From NCBI GenBank assembly GCA_976226885.1, contig OZ320313.1, positions 119,102,001 through 119,166,000 on the forward strand: 64,000 nt of DNA, in the 5' to 3' direction. The position numbers and the translations under genes are program-made. Below, in pieces: positions 52,539 to 63,830 of this stretch (its first letter is position 1; every line of letters begins with the position of its first letter). The DNA is from Iphione sp. A-MEVVRFRX5 (lineage: Eukaryota). Under the pieces are notes generated by a model, which made no database searches, was not told the DNA's origin, and saw nothing but the letters and a program-made list of their open reading frames with translations.

Positions 52539-52879
52539 TTTTCTCTCTCAGATGTGTGTGTGAGTGTGAGTGAGTGTATGTGTGTGTTGATGGTCGTGCT
52601 TTAAGTTAGTTACATACCTCGTAGAACACACTTCATATGGGGTAGAGTTCTTCCTGCATCCAAAGAGCAATAAACAGTAATACAAAAAAATGTAATAGAA
52701 AGGGAGAAAGGTTACAATAAAATGGGGGAACTATGGTACAATTCCATAAACAGGACTAGGTTATTATCATTTTAAAGCACAGTGGCCATCTTTTTTCTCT
52801 TTAACTCTGCACATCATGGGTTAATCCCTTTTGTGTGAATATATCACATACAACACTCTCCTCGGTATGTAACTATCAC
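51646..52879 (-). mobile_element. Same Crypton-like family, composite copy 2, bracketed by about 257-bp direct repeats
   Basis: Direct repeats at 51646-51902 and 52624-52879 (above 90% identical by eye). The internal part shares a 41-bp block and the terminal motif with copy 1 and contains (GA)n/(CT)n arrays. Confidence 0.65.
52105..52176 (-). mobile_element. tRNA-derived head inside copy 2
   Basis: The reverse strand has A box TAGTCTAGTGG and B box GGTTCGAGTC. Confidence 0.6.
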
Positions 52880-55800
52880 ATACTGCACAGTGATCCACCA
52901 TACTCGATAGCAGTTCGGCACACAGGCAAGGAGCAACTACCGTACATGCAGTACCTTGATGCATAGTTCACTGAACAGGTTGCTAACACAAGAGAAGAAT
53001 AATGCTGACTCCGCTGTAGGGGGCGGGGGGAAGCGGGGACTTATCACATAGTTAAGTCAGTTGTGCGAGGGGTCGGGGCATTACCTTCACTAGAGAATTC
53101 GAGAGCGTAAAATTAGTAGAATGGCAATTTAGAATAGTAACACCCGAGTCTAATATAAGTAGGTTGGCGATTGACTGGGATTTTAGCTAGGGTCGAAATA
53201 TTGACTCCATAATTCTCCTATCTCTTGTTCCGTAATAGTCCAGCCAGTTCATGAACACTCTTCGCTGCTTTTAGCCATGAAGGAAAATGGTAACAGCTGA
53301 AAGTCCCAATATACCAGAGCGAGCTTTGAATCCTTCTTTTGGATGGATGATGACGGGGTAAGGTTGTAATTAAACTGGTGTTGTAAGGAAAAGGATTTAA
53401 TTTTGCTGAAGACAGAAGAGATAGTAGTACAGGATCTTCAGTCATACAAAAAAGGTATCAACTGTGAATATTCCCCTAAATCAAAATGCCCTCCTTGCGA
53501 ATTCAGCAATGAACACGAAAGCAAATGTGTTGGTTAAACTTGTGCCCATGACACCTGTAGCCAGTTACTGTCCTATAATTGGAACTTGGCCTATTGGTGA
53601 CTTCCTTTATCATTTTTGACATACAGTAGCAGCGCACCTTGAGGGTAACTCAGAAATCAGGTTCAGTTGGGCTGTTCCCAATTGTTTAATTTTTTTGAAT
53701 ATTACAAAAGCGGATAGCAGGGCAAGTTGCTTGTAAGGGCAGGTATTTGTGGGCCCAGTGGTGGTCATGTTTCTTAGTTACCAATCTAAATATATTCAGT
53801 AAGTCTTTTATTTATAAACCCCCTGATATGGATTACAAAGTCTGTCGAGCACGACATTTCAGTTCCTGAAAAAAACAGAATTATACGTCTTAAACACATT
53901 TGTTTGAAGACCACTTCACAATGATATATGAGCAGGTTTGAGTTTTGGGTTGACCTTCGACGGTTTACTCACCCAGAACAGTCTTCTTTCCCCGACAGAC
54001 CTTGTAGAGATCATCGTCCCACATGCTTGTTTGTCATGCTGTTAGGTTGTCCAACGATTTCACCGAAGTGTCACAAGAAGCAATGGAAAACCTCTTAAAC
54101 TGCCATAATTTACCGGCTTCTAAGCAGAAACTCACCCAAACGAGACGCAATGATGGCCTTTCAAAGCTCTGAAACATGCTAAGAACTAAAATGGCTGCAA
54201 CTTGTTTGGGAGCGTCTTGGTTCCAGCTTCAAACCGTTGGATTACCACTGTGTATACCTACTGTGTGTGGCCCAAGCACATGCAACAAGTTGTACTACTA
54301 GACTGTCTTTGGTCATTTGGACGCTACACCAGCATTACCGGCGGACATGGGCAGAGAAGTTAAATTCCCTCTCGAAGACTGAGACTGGGTTTCACTCTCG
54401 GTTCCCTTCGATAACTCAGTCAAGGTGTCCTCGTTGTCGCTCTCGCATTGTCCTCGTTGTCGCTGGATACACACGTAGTTGCCACCTTGTTTCCCATGTT
54501 AGGTTGACTTTCTCTCTGCCCTGTAGCAATGATCCCCTCCTATTGTCCGATCCCTTGAAAGATGATTGTCTGAAGCATAAAAAACATGCAGTTTATCGAT
54601 GCAAGAAGTACATATGACATTTTATGGTGGGCAAAATATTAGTCGAAACATTATCTGTGAATAATGGGAAGGATATGTCACAAGAACAATGTGTCCCTTT
54701 CAGTGGTTTTAAATTTTGGCTTGGACGTATTAGCAGTCTGCTGGGTCTTGGTGCACATGTCCGTGTCCGATTATGAGTCCAATGCTCTGTGACACTAAAC
54801 CACGCCTTTCCTGTAGTGACTGAACCAAGGCAGTCCCATTATCATACAGGTGCTTCAACACGTGAGCCTTCATACTACACAGCTTGAAATGCAGAGCAGC
54901 TGGGCTGCTATCCTGGCAGTTACGTTTAGGCCATTGTGAGGAAAGTCGACAGTTGGTTGCATTAACTGTCCCTTAGCTTTCTTCAACACAATAACACTGA
55001 CGCTTTCATCACAGTTCTCCTCTGTAAGCTTCTGTGAACTCGTAGTTCTGTTATGAGGGACAGAAAGAGAGAAAATGCCCCCCATAAACCTCGCACGGTA
55101 TGGTGTGATCTTGCACAGTGTAAGGTGATATCGTTCTAGCAGGTCACTGCAAGGAACGTAAACCTGTTTACATAACGTCACGGTGACAAAATACACTGAA
55201 AACTGAAAGTTATGTTATTTAGATTGTCCAGCTGAAATCATGGCAACCAGTTTTACTTTCTCGGAACCATTTATATTTATATATCCGTGGGGAAAAACAG
55301 TTAGTCTAACATGTAAGTTTAGTCTGTCGTACAATTTAAAATATTTGGAAGTCACAGTGAAACAGCAGGTAGCTTCCATTTCTATGATGGTGTACTGTCT
55401 TGCATTGAAGCTTGGCGACGAGCTAAGAACAGTGCAAAACTGACAGTGCTTTAGGTCTCTTCACCAAGCATGATACCAAATAGGTAAATACTGTTCTGAT
55501 ATGATTATAAGTGGAATGTGAAGCTTTTGACTGCTAATTAAGCAAACATATTACCTTTAAAAAGGATACCGGTCATTCTTCTTCAGTCATACACTGTCTA
55601 CCATATTAGATAATGACATCACAAAGTTTACTTTGAGACTGCCAGTTTGATAAGTATATATACTGCATGTGAATTTTGTCAACTTGTGGTTCACAAGTGG
55701 ATGACTGTTTTCGAAATATACAGAATTGCTCAGAGTGCCTTAATTATTTCTCTAACGTATGTTTGTATGCTCAGTTTAGCTATTTGTTTGTTTTTGTGGC

Positions 55801-57339
55801 TACAAACTACATTTTATTCCATATTTCTTTGTTCAAAATTTCAAACTGACAAGACGCCCACCATTTTATTTATAAAATTGAATGAGATCAATTGTTTTGA
55901 AATGCATGTATTGCGAATCTTACACAGTGCATTAGTCCAGAGCTTAACCATGTTTTCGGGACATTGAAAGAATAGGAAATGCACTCCCCGCTCTATAAGA
56001 ACTCCACTGCTCACACCAACCAATCGTCCTGTGCATCATACAGGAGTGAAACAGTGAGGATCAATTTATGATATACTCTTCTGAATGAGCGTACGTTGTA
56101 TATAATTATATTGCTTTGCTGTCGAAACATTGGGCGATTGTTTTGAATATAAAATTGATACAAAGACTGCAAGTTAGCTAAGGTATATTGATGTATCACT
56201 AGAACGTAAGGCTCCATATATACCTGTGTACGGTATTAAGTAACCAATCCTGCTGTAAATGGGAGAGCAGAATGGAAATTTCATTAGACGAGCCTTTAAA
56301 TAAAGGTAAGACACACTGACCACTGTTTATTCACCTACTGGTATGAGATCTATTACAGCTAAAAGGGGGAACAAAACAGATCATAAGAATGGACAGACAT
56401 ACTGGGATGGGTTTTCAGAGCTGTTAGATTCAAGATGAAGTCATCAAGACAAGTGACTAGGGTAAAAAATCCATTATCAAGTTGTACATCTTTGTGTTTA
56501 CTCAAATAGGCATAACAAGTATGTTAGGGAATAGGAGGTGGACACTACATCAGTAATGTTAATTTCAACCACGAGTACGTGTTGTTCACACAGATGACAT
56601 TTACCTGCCATTTTCAGATTAGTCGAGATGGCTACAGCATTATCTAGTTTTCTCAGTGTTCAAACCAAAGTGCACTATACGGAGGCCGCATAGCAGACCT
56701 CTTACTCAAATCTGGTTGGTTGGTTACAGCCCAGTTAGACAGTGAGAACAAGACAGACTTCAACAGAGAGAGACTTCAAGTACAGAGGTATCAAAATCAT
56801 CACTAAAGAGGAAACATTTCCATGTGGACATTGGAAATACGATCGGCCCTAATCGCAGTTCAGTTCATTTTCACATTTCATTTGATCAGTAGCACTTGGA
56901 ATATTTCGGACACCGCAGAATATGTTCTAGTGGAGATACTCACACTTGACATGGTGTATATTATCCTTCACTTCGATACTTACTGTTTCATCAAGATTCA
57001 CTGTGTGATCGCAGACTATCAGTTAGATTTTAATTTACTGTATCACATGGCTCATCGTTCTTCCAACTGTTTGAAGACTTCTGCAATCTATATAATCACA
57101 GCGAGAATGGTATTTTAGATAAATTCAGTGGATTCAAATTAGCTATTATCGACCCCTGTTACCAAGTGTATTTAGATATACAATTTGTAAGTTACACCCA
57201 AGTTTTTTTTATACAAGTATATCACATAATAGATAAATGATTACTTAAATATATACATGTAGTTATCATTGTCACCTGCACACAGCCTTTCAGGTACGGT
57301 AATTTTCCCCAAGGCTTAGATATCTGTGTCTGTAGATTA

Positions 57340-57701
57340 GTCCCCCCCCCCAAAAAAAAATGGTGTGTTTCTGATCATCCACCCCTCACTAGTAAAACCT
57401 CACCCTACCTCAACATTTTTTTGCCCCAAAGAGTTTCCAAGGTTGAATTTCCTTAGATACGTGTTTTCACAGCATATGTATGTTTTTGGTCAATTCAATA
57501 GAAAAACAACAAAATCTATGGAAATTCAGCAAAGAACTGTAAAATTTGTGCAAATTAGTAAAAATTCTTCATATTATCTTTATTATTATGGAAAACCAGA
57601 GGAAGAAAGTGGAAAAAATTTAAAAAGATACCCCTCTCCCTACCTAGGTTTTTGGCTGGTGATTATCAGAAACACACCTATATTTTTTTTGTGGGGGGGC
57701 C
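57340..57701. mobile_element. PIF/Harbinger-like MITE, copy 3 (in the Rho intron)
   Basis: Same interior, TIRs with expanded C/G runs, and a TSD TTA/TTA. Confidence 0.78.
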
Positions 57702-57814
57702 TTACATAATTTTTATCCATTTCGTATCTGTTCTAAACTAGAGAAGACCTATTCTTTGTGGCAGGTTCCGAAGTTATCTCATAGCTTCTACCTGCACCTT
57801 CTGATTCGTGATGT

Positions 57815-58000
57815 TATTATACTAGGGCGTCACCCACTACGAATTGCATACTTCCCATACATTGTACAATATAGTCTTACCTCGAATCACGAAGTTCGCG
57901 TTTTCTCTATTATACCCGGGCGTCACCAAATACGAATTGCACACTTCCTATACATTGTACAATTTAGTCTTACCTCGAATCACGAAGTTCGCGTTTTCTC
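57815..58000 (+). repeat. 93-bp tandem duplication
   Basis: 57815-57907 and 57908-58000 are near-identical, both ending CGAATCACGAAGTTCGCGTTTTCTC. Confidence 0.92.
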
Positions 58001-59248
58001 CACACAGCGCCAGACAAATCCGTATACGGCATACAAGCGCCAAGACTCGGACCATATTTGAGGATGAAAATGCTGAAGTGCCGCTACCTCGGTAGTTCTC
58101 TTTTTTTCAACTCAAGACTTCCCCTTTGGTTATTTGCGTCTACGTTACCGTTTGTGTTGTACGGTAGTGTTAGACGGTCTTCACCATTGCAGTATGTCTC
58201 TCTTCCATAGTTCAGCGAGCCTACCTTCTTGCTACGGTTCAGATCCTTTGGAGGGCAGCTTTCGTCTGTCTGCATCTGCGTGCACATGTATATGTCACGG
58301 AAGCCTAGTCATTACAGATAATTTCGTTGTAACTCGTTTAATGGTCTAAAATATCGTTGCATTCATTGTAAGCAAGTATGAGGTTTTTCATCTCAGTATC
58401 CATAGTCACTCATTAATCGTTGTTTTCTTAGCCCGTTATTTGAATATCTGAAATTGTTCTCGCTAATTTCTGTAATGGTGGAGGTATGGTAACGTATCAC
58501 TTCTGTGGTATTCTGTTGAAAACATATTTAATATCTTTTTAGTCCTTATTGTGATATTAGGCCTGATGGATCTGTTTCTTGCGGATAAATGGCTGAACCC
58601 ACTGTATAGCATTGCAGTAGAAAATAAGAAAAGAAAGATTTGTAGCTGGTTTGTTCCACTAACCCACTTATACATGTTAACACCACCGCATTGGCGGTCT
58701 GTATTGTTCTCATTTCGACTTGTCTTCAGTTCACTTTCAAAATAAGTTGACAGGTCGCTTATAATAATAAAGGAAATAATTACATGAAATCTGTCGGTGA
58801 AATCAGCAAAAGCATCACATAAATGAGTGAAACGGTTTAGTTTTCTCGGTGACATATTTGTTCAGACGGTCATCTTTAAAAAAAAGTACATGTATATACC
58901 CAGAGTGGTTTTATGTTTAACATCAACATTAGATGAATCTATCAAAGTTCCCATTTTATCTGTCAGAGTTATTGTAACAGGTCAGTGCACACGGATTTGA
59001 ACCGGGAGGTCTAACTACGTACACACTTTCCCTCAGCCGTGTCAGATGTCCAACCCCATCGATCAGAGCGAGTCATCGTTCTGTGAATATTTTATTAGCG
59101 CTACGAGTTAAACACATTCACGCTATTTCTGAGTATTGTTAGTTTCGTTTGCAACTGTGTATATTTTAAGGTGTGCCACCATTCAGGAGCCATAGAAATT
59201 CAACAAGAAGGCCCAGTGCGTTTAGCAACTTTTTTTTTCATTTTTTAG

Positions 59249-59701
59249 GTGGGCAACCAAACAGTGGAGCTTGCTCTGTGGGACACGGCCGGCCAGGAAG
59301 AGTACGACCGGCTTCGGCCGCTCTCCTACCCCAACACCGACGTTGTGCTGATGTGTTTCTCGGTCGACAGGCCCTCCTCGTACGAGAACATCCGCGAGCG
59401 CTGGGTGCCCGAGGTGCGCCACTTCTGTCATCACGTGCCCACCATTCTGGTCGCCTGTAAGAAGGACCTGCGCGACGGCGACGATCGGGTCAGCACGGTG
59501 CAGACCGATTCGATGCGCGAGCGGAGACCCATCTCGTACAAGGAGGGCAAAATGCTTGCCGACCGCATTCACGCCCACGCCTTCTTTGAATGCTCCGCCA
59601 AGACGCAAGAAGGAGTCAATGACGTTTTCAATATGGCCGGCCGATTCGCCCTGTTGAGGCGGAAAGAGAGGGGAAAACACAGACCTTGTTTGCTACTTTA
59701 A
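59249..59701 (+). CDS. Rho: Rho-family small GTPase, coding exon 2 (switch II to CAAX)
   Basis: Polypyrimidine tract and AG at 59247-59248, then [28 protein letters not shown]...CKKDLR...ECSAKT...[14 protein letters not shown]-stop. It joins exon 1 in phase 0 and aligns to RhoA without gaps across the junction. Polybasic tail and CaaL prenylation box are present. Confidence 0.95.
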   Translation: MGNQTVELALWDTAGQEEYDRLRPLSYPNTDVVLMCFSVDRPSSYENIRERWVPEVRHFCHHVPTILVACKKDLRDGDDRVSTVQTDSMRERRPISYKEGKMLADRIHAHAFFECSAKTQEGVNDVFNMAGRFALLRRKERGKHRPCLLL

Positions 59702-62700
59702 ATGTATAAGATTAGAGAAAAAAGGGGGATTGCAGGAGAATAGGCAGAAAAAAATACGTGCCGTACGTCATGGGACATACAGGGCCACTACAATGTGAAA
59801 ACATTTGTAAACAGCCCGGCCTGTGTATATGTGCATAAGTATTTTCTGTCTTACTTTAATTTTTTGTTGGGAACAGAAAAGGAGAAAAGAGAGAGGGAGG
59901 AAAGGGAATAGAATGAATACAGGGACGGACAGAGACATCGATACGTATGGAAAATACACCTTACATGTTACAGAGAACGTGTAGTGTTTATTATGGAGAG
60001 ATTAAATGTATCATCATAGATATTATCAACATCAGTTCACAACACCACATTCAACATTAAGTAGTTATGAATGTCATGCGTGCCTCCACGTTAAAAGCAT
60101 GGGTTGGTCAAATTATAGACAGAAGGAAATATTTCACTTGATGAATATTATATATATATGATGTATACGTCTTGGTACAGGAAAAGCAATACACACCAGT
60201 GGCTAACAAGCTGTACTTCTGTAATACACCTCTTTTCGTCATTGTATATGGGCCCTCCTTGCATTTTTTGTGTAATATGTATAATATTTGGAGGTGTTTC
60301 CTATCTAGACTCGAGGCCTTTGTACTGAAGCAGATACTAACAAGCCGAAACTAAACTGTTACCCCTTCTAGTTCCATTACATTAATAACGACTGTAACGA
60401 ATTATCATAAGGTCTTGGTGACTTACCACGTAACTATCTTTATAGAATTAATGTTGACATATCTCCTCCTTATTTTAACAGGCCGTTACTAGTGATGTTT
60501 CATACAGTTGTGAAATGATTATTAGACAGCCGACCTGAAATGTTGAACTTGTATACAAACTGAACAAGTGAAGATAAGTAGGCCGGTGTAGTCTACTATC
60601 GATCTGCTCCAAGCAGCTCTGCTAAACTCTAATTATAGTGGAGGAGAGACTTTAACGATAATAGGCAGTCAACAACCTGACTGCTACTGAAAATGCTGCT
60701 ACAAGAAGGAAAACATTGACTGTTAAGGGAAGTTTTCCCATAAATGCTCACTTACAAAAGCACGATTATTAAGGTGATTACATGAAATCGAGCATACTTT
60801 GGTTTTTGCCACTGACAAGCTATTTTTCACTACATTAGATCGTCACGTTATGGCCTGAGCACTTAAAGAACAGAACATGTCATATAGGTTATTGCAAGGT
60901 CATAAATTTCTGTCTTTATTTCAAGCTTTTAACATCATTCACTAGCCGCGTCCAGACTACTCCTACAACCAAATCACCCCGTGCATAAACTTTATCAGTA
61001 AAATATTCATTTTTAATTTCCAGCAACACAGTCTGAAGCAACTAAAAGCATTCGGCACAGTGGTTGTGATCATACGAACAAACTCTCCCGTGCCTTAGAA
61101 GGGCCAATTACCATCCTTTTTATAAGCCTGTGGCCATCTGTAGCCCGGGTTCCTGGATGGTTTTAATTAGACCTGTGTCCAATGGTCTAAGAAGGCTAAA
61201 ATCAATGTATGATATACTCTAATGTCCCTAGAAGGAGGCGTCTTTTGGATCAAATGCATCAAATCACCTGGAAGGTCCATGTGATGTATATTTGTATTAA
61301 CTACAAAAAGAAACACCAAAAGGTAGTCATTTTGTCTGAATACACTTACACATAAGATTTCTACAATATTCAGTTAAATATGACAATTTACGGATACATT
61401 TCCCTCTACAATCTTATGCTAAACTATGAATTCTCAGTATTAAGGTCAGATGCTTAATACGGCCAAAAGAGTTGAGAACAAAACTTGGTAGCATTGGTCG
61501 GAATTTAGCATTTTCTGTCATTGTAAAGAGCTGACTGACAGTAAAATGAACGAGTAAGTGTAGCTACTAAGCATTGATAAAGCTATGCAACCAGCACTCA
61601 TCAACCGAAGTTTCCTGTTCTACCTTCATTCCAGATCACAGAGGAATCTGGTTGTTTGGCGTAATTGATATGAAAAAATGGTCACAGACTATGTTTCATT
61701 GGTCCAGAAAATGCGGGATTCCAAATGCTGTGGGTCCCTGAGACAAGGGCTGGCTGTACTGTACATCGACATGAAATGCAAAGGGGAAAAAGTTGTTCTT
61801 GGAATTACATGTATACCACATTATATCATTTCACATGTTCTGCTAAAGGAAATTACTCATGCTTATATCTGGATGATTTGGGCTATGAAACTGCTGTACA
61901 AGAACGCCCCAGTTTTCAGCATGTTCTCGTTTCTTTATTTTGTGATACTCATATATATTCTAGTTTCCTATGACGACTTCAATTTATTTATGGAAATGAA
62001 ACGTACCATTTTATCTCCGCTATATGGAAGAATGCGTCTACGTGTATTTCCATGTATACCGCATGCATTTTGCCAGGAGAATATCTTTTGTAGTTAGTTA
62101 TGAAATGGCTACCATTATCATCATAGTTTCTCTGTAAATCCTATGGCGTCTCACCTTGTGATAATCATAAAGATGCATACGTGTCGGCATAGTTGGACTA
62201 ATAACTGGATATATTTTAGTAATAAAAACTAATATCAAATTATCTTTGACTAATCTCTCCTGCTGAAAGTTGTTTTATATTTCAAAACTATCGCATCGAT
62301 TAAAGGATTGTTGCATATACATGTATATTATAGTTGTCTAGTTACTATGAAAGTAAATAGTGATAATCTATCAATATATAATTTATTGCCATATGGATAA
62401 ATATCACTGGAGATTTCAATTGCGGAATAACAATTAATCGAACCGGAAATCACGCTGTTAGTACTGTCATGTTCACGTTACATAAAATAATCTACAGTGG
62501 AGTCTCAATTTCCGACCTATGCAAATTCTGACCAAACAGGCTATTCTGACCATTGGAACTGAAATTTTGTTTATACATAACAAGCACCTTTGGCGAATGC
62601 ACTGACCCCCCCCCCCCCCAACCCCCATAAAAGGTGTGGCTGACTGCAGGCTGATAGTTTACAACTTCGGTTCTGCATGACTGACCACAGCCTCACTGAT

Positions 62701-62933
62701 ACAAAGTGACCTACATCAAGCTGAAGAAATAGTCTCACAATCTGTAGTTTTTTTGTACACTCCTTCATATGTTACAAATCATATGCAATTCTTAATCATT
62801 TTAGAAGCGTTGAAATAATCGATGGACAGAAAACCAATCACTAAGTTTTGGATGAAGTCTCACACTCATGAGAGTTCCTCCCCATAGCCGTACTACTTTC
62901 AGGCAATGTTTTATATAGGGAGTGTAACCAATG

Positions 62934-63487
62934 CAGTGGAAATCCTCCACAACAGACATCGATGGGACTGATCCAGGGTGTCCGTTGTCGGGGATGTCTG
63001 CTGTATCCAAGCCCTTCACTTTTTCAAGAGGGTTCAATAAGAAATAATATATCAATAATAATTAAAGTTTATGAAAGTGTAAGTCGCCATCAAAGGAATG
63101 AGCGACAGCCCTTCCCTAGTATGTCAGGACAAGCTCTTCAGTGTGTCGGGAGGGGTGACAGGGATTCCTCCAGGGTGGCAGGGCGAGCTTGTGCCTCTCT
63201 CGTGTGTGAGAGTCCATCAAGAGAGTGGGCGACAGGCCTCCTTCAGTGTGTTGGGAGGGGTAAGAGGGGCTCCTCCGTGGTTTCTGTCCACTATAGACCC
63301 TTAAAATCACTGTATGGGACTGAAAAAAACAAGTGTCCAGAGGGGGATGTTCGCTGTCTGTGAGTGTCCGCTGTGTCCGAGTGCCAATAAACATGATTTA
63401 TAGTGTTTCCATGTGGGACTGTTCTTCAGGCTTCCGTTGAAGGGGTCGTCTGCTATGTCCGGGCATCCGTTGTGAGGGTCTCCACTG
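62934..63487. mobile_element. pogo/Tigger-like MITE nested in the above
   Basis: CAGTGGAAATCCTCCACAAC ... GTTGTGAGGGTCTCCACTG|TA. The left flank is TG, one change from TA. Confidence 0.6.
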
Positions 63488-63589
63488 TATGTTCAATCAT
63501 TGATTTCCAACCGAATCGATTTCGACCATTCTCAACCTCTGACCAATCAATAAGGGGTCAATAATAGTATATTTGCCTATCAATTTACA

Positions 63590-63830
63590 ACTGGGGGCAT
63601 CAACGGCATCCTCCCTGATGTTGCTCACACCATGGAAGGGCTGGTCAGGAGAGACCGGGGGCGTCAACGGCAACCTCTCTGATGTACCGCACCTAGATTA
63701 ACGATTGAGAGAGTGGTTATGAGAGACTGGGGGCATCAACGGGGACGTTTCTGATGCCGCTCACATCCTGGCTAGTCGGGGGTGAGCAGGGGTGCCAGTG
63801 GTAACCTCTCTGATGTCTCTCACACCCAGG
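63590..63830 (+). repeat. Degenerate 60-72-bp minisatellite, about 4 units
   Basis: CTGGGGGCATCAACGG..CCTCTCTGATG..CTCACACC recurs at about 63591, 63655, 63727 and 63787. Confidence 0.75.

Larger units (their letters stand above)
43946..59248 (+). other. 15.3-kb GT-AG intron of the Rho gene
   Basis: GTGAGG donor and TTTTTTAG acceptor. The flanking exons are contiguous in RhoA numbering (Q47|V48), leaving no room for another coding exon. Confidence 0.88.

Noticed and set aside
33250-58860. Further LINE relics (APE-like at 33250-33700 and 58460-58860, RT-like at 5100-5520 and 16980-17250)
   Set aside because: Only one or two short motifs each (RPFLIG, YRPP, VQHRAA, IFADS). Plausible but not supportable as features.
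59222-59680. 152-aa minus-strand ORF opposite Rho exon 2 (and 43694-43906 opposite exon 1)
   Set aside because: Antisense shadow of GC3-rich coding sequence.
61690-61973. CFIGPENAG ... LYLDDLGYE resembling Walker A/B of an ATPase or viral SF3 helicase
   Set aside because: The Walker A lysine is absent, the spacing of about 57 aa is atypical, and no further motifs are present.
21562-63830. CRISPR-like arrays
   Set aside because: The repeats are contiguous degenerate minisatellites without unique spacers, in a eukaryotic context with no cas genes.
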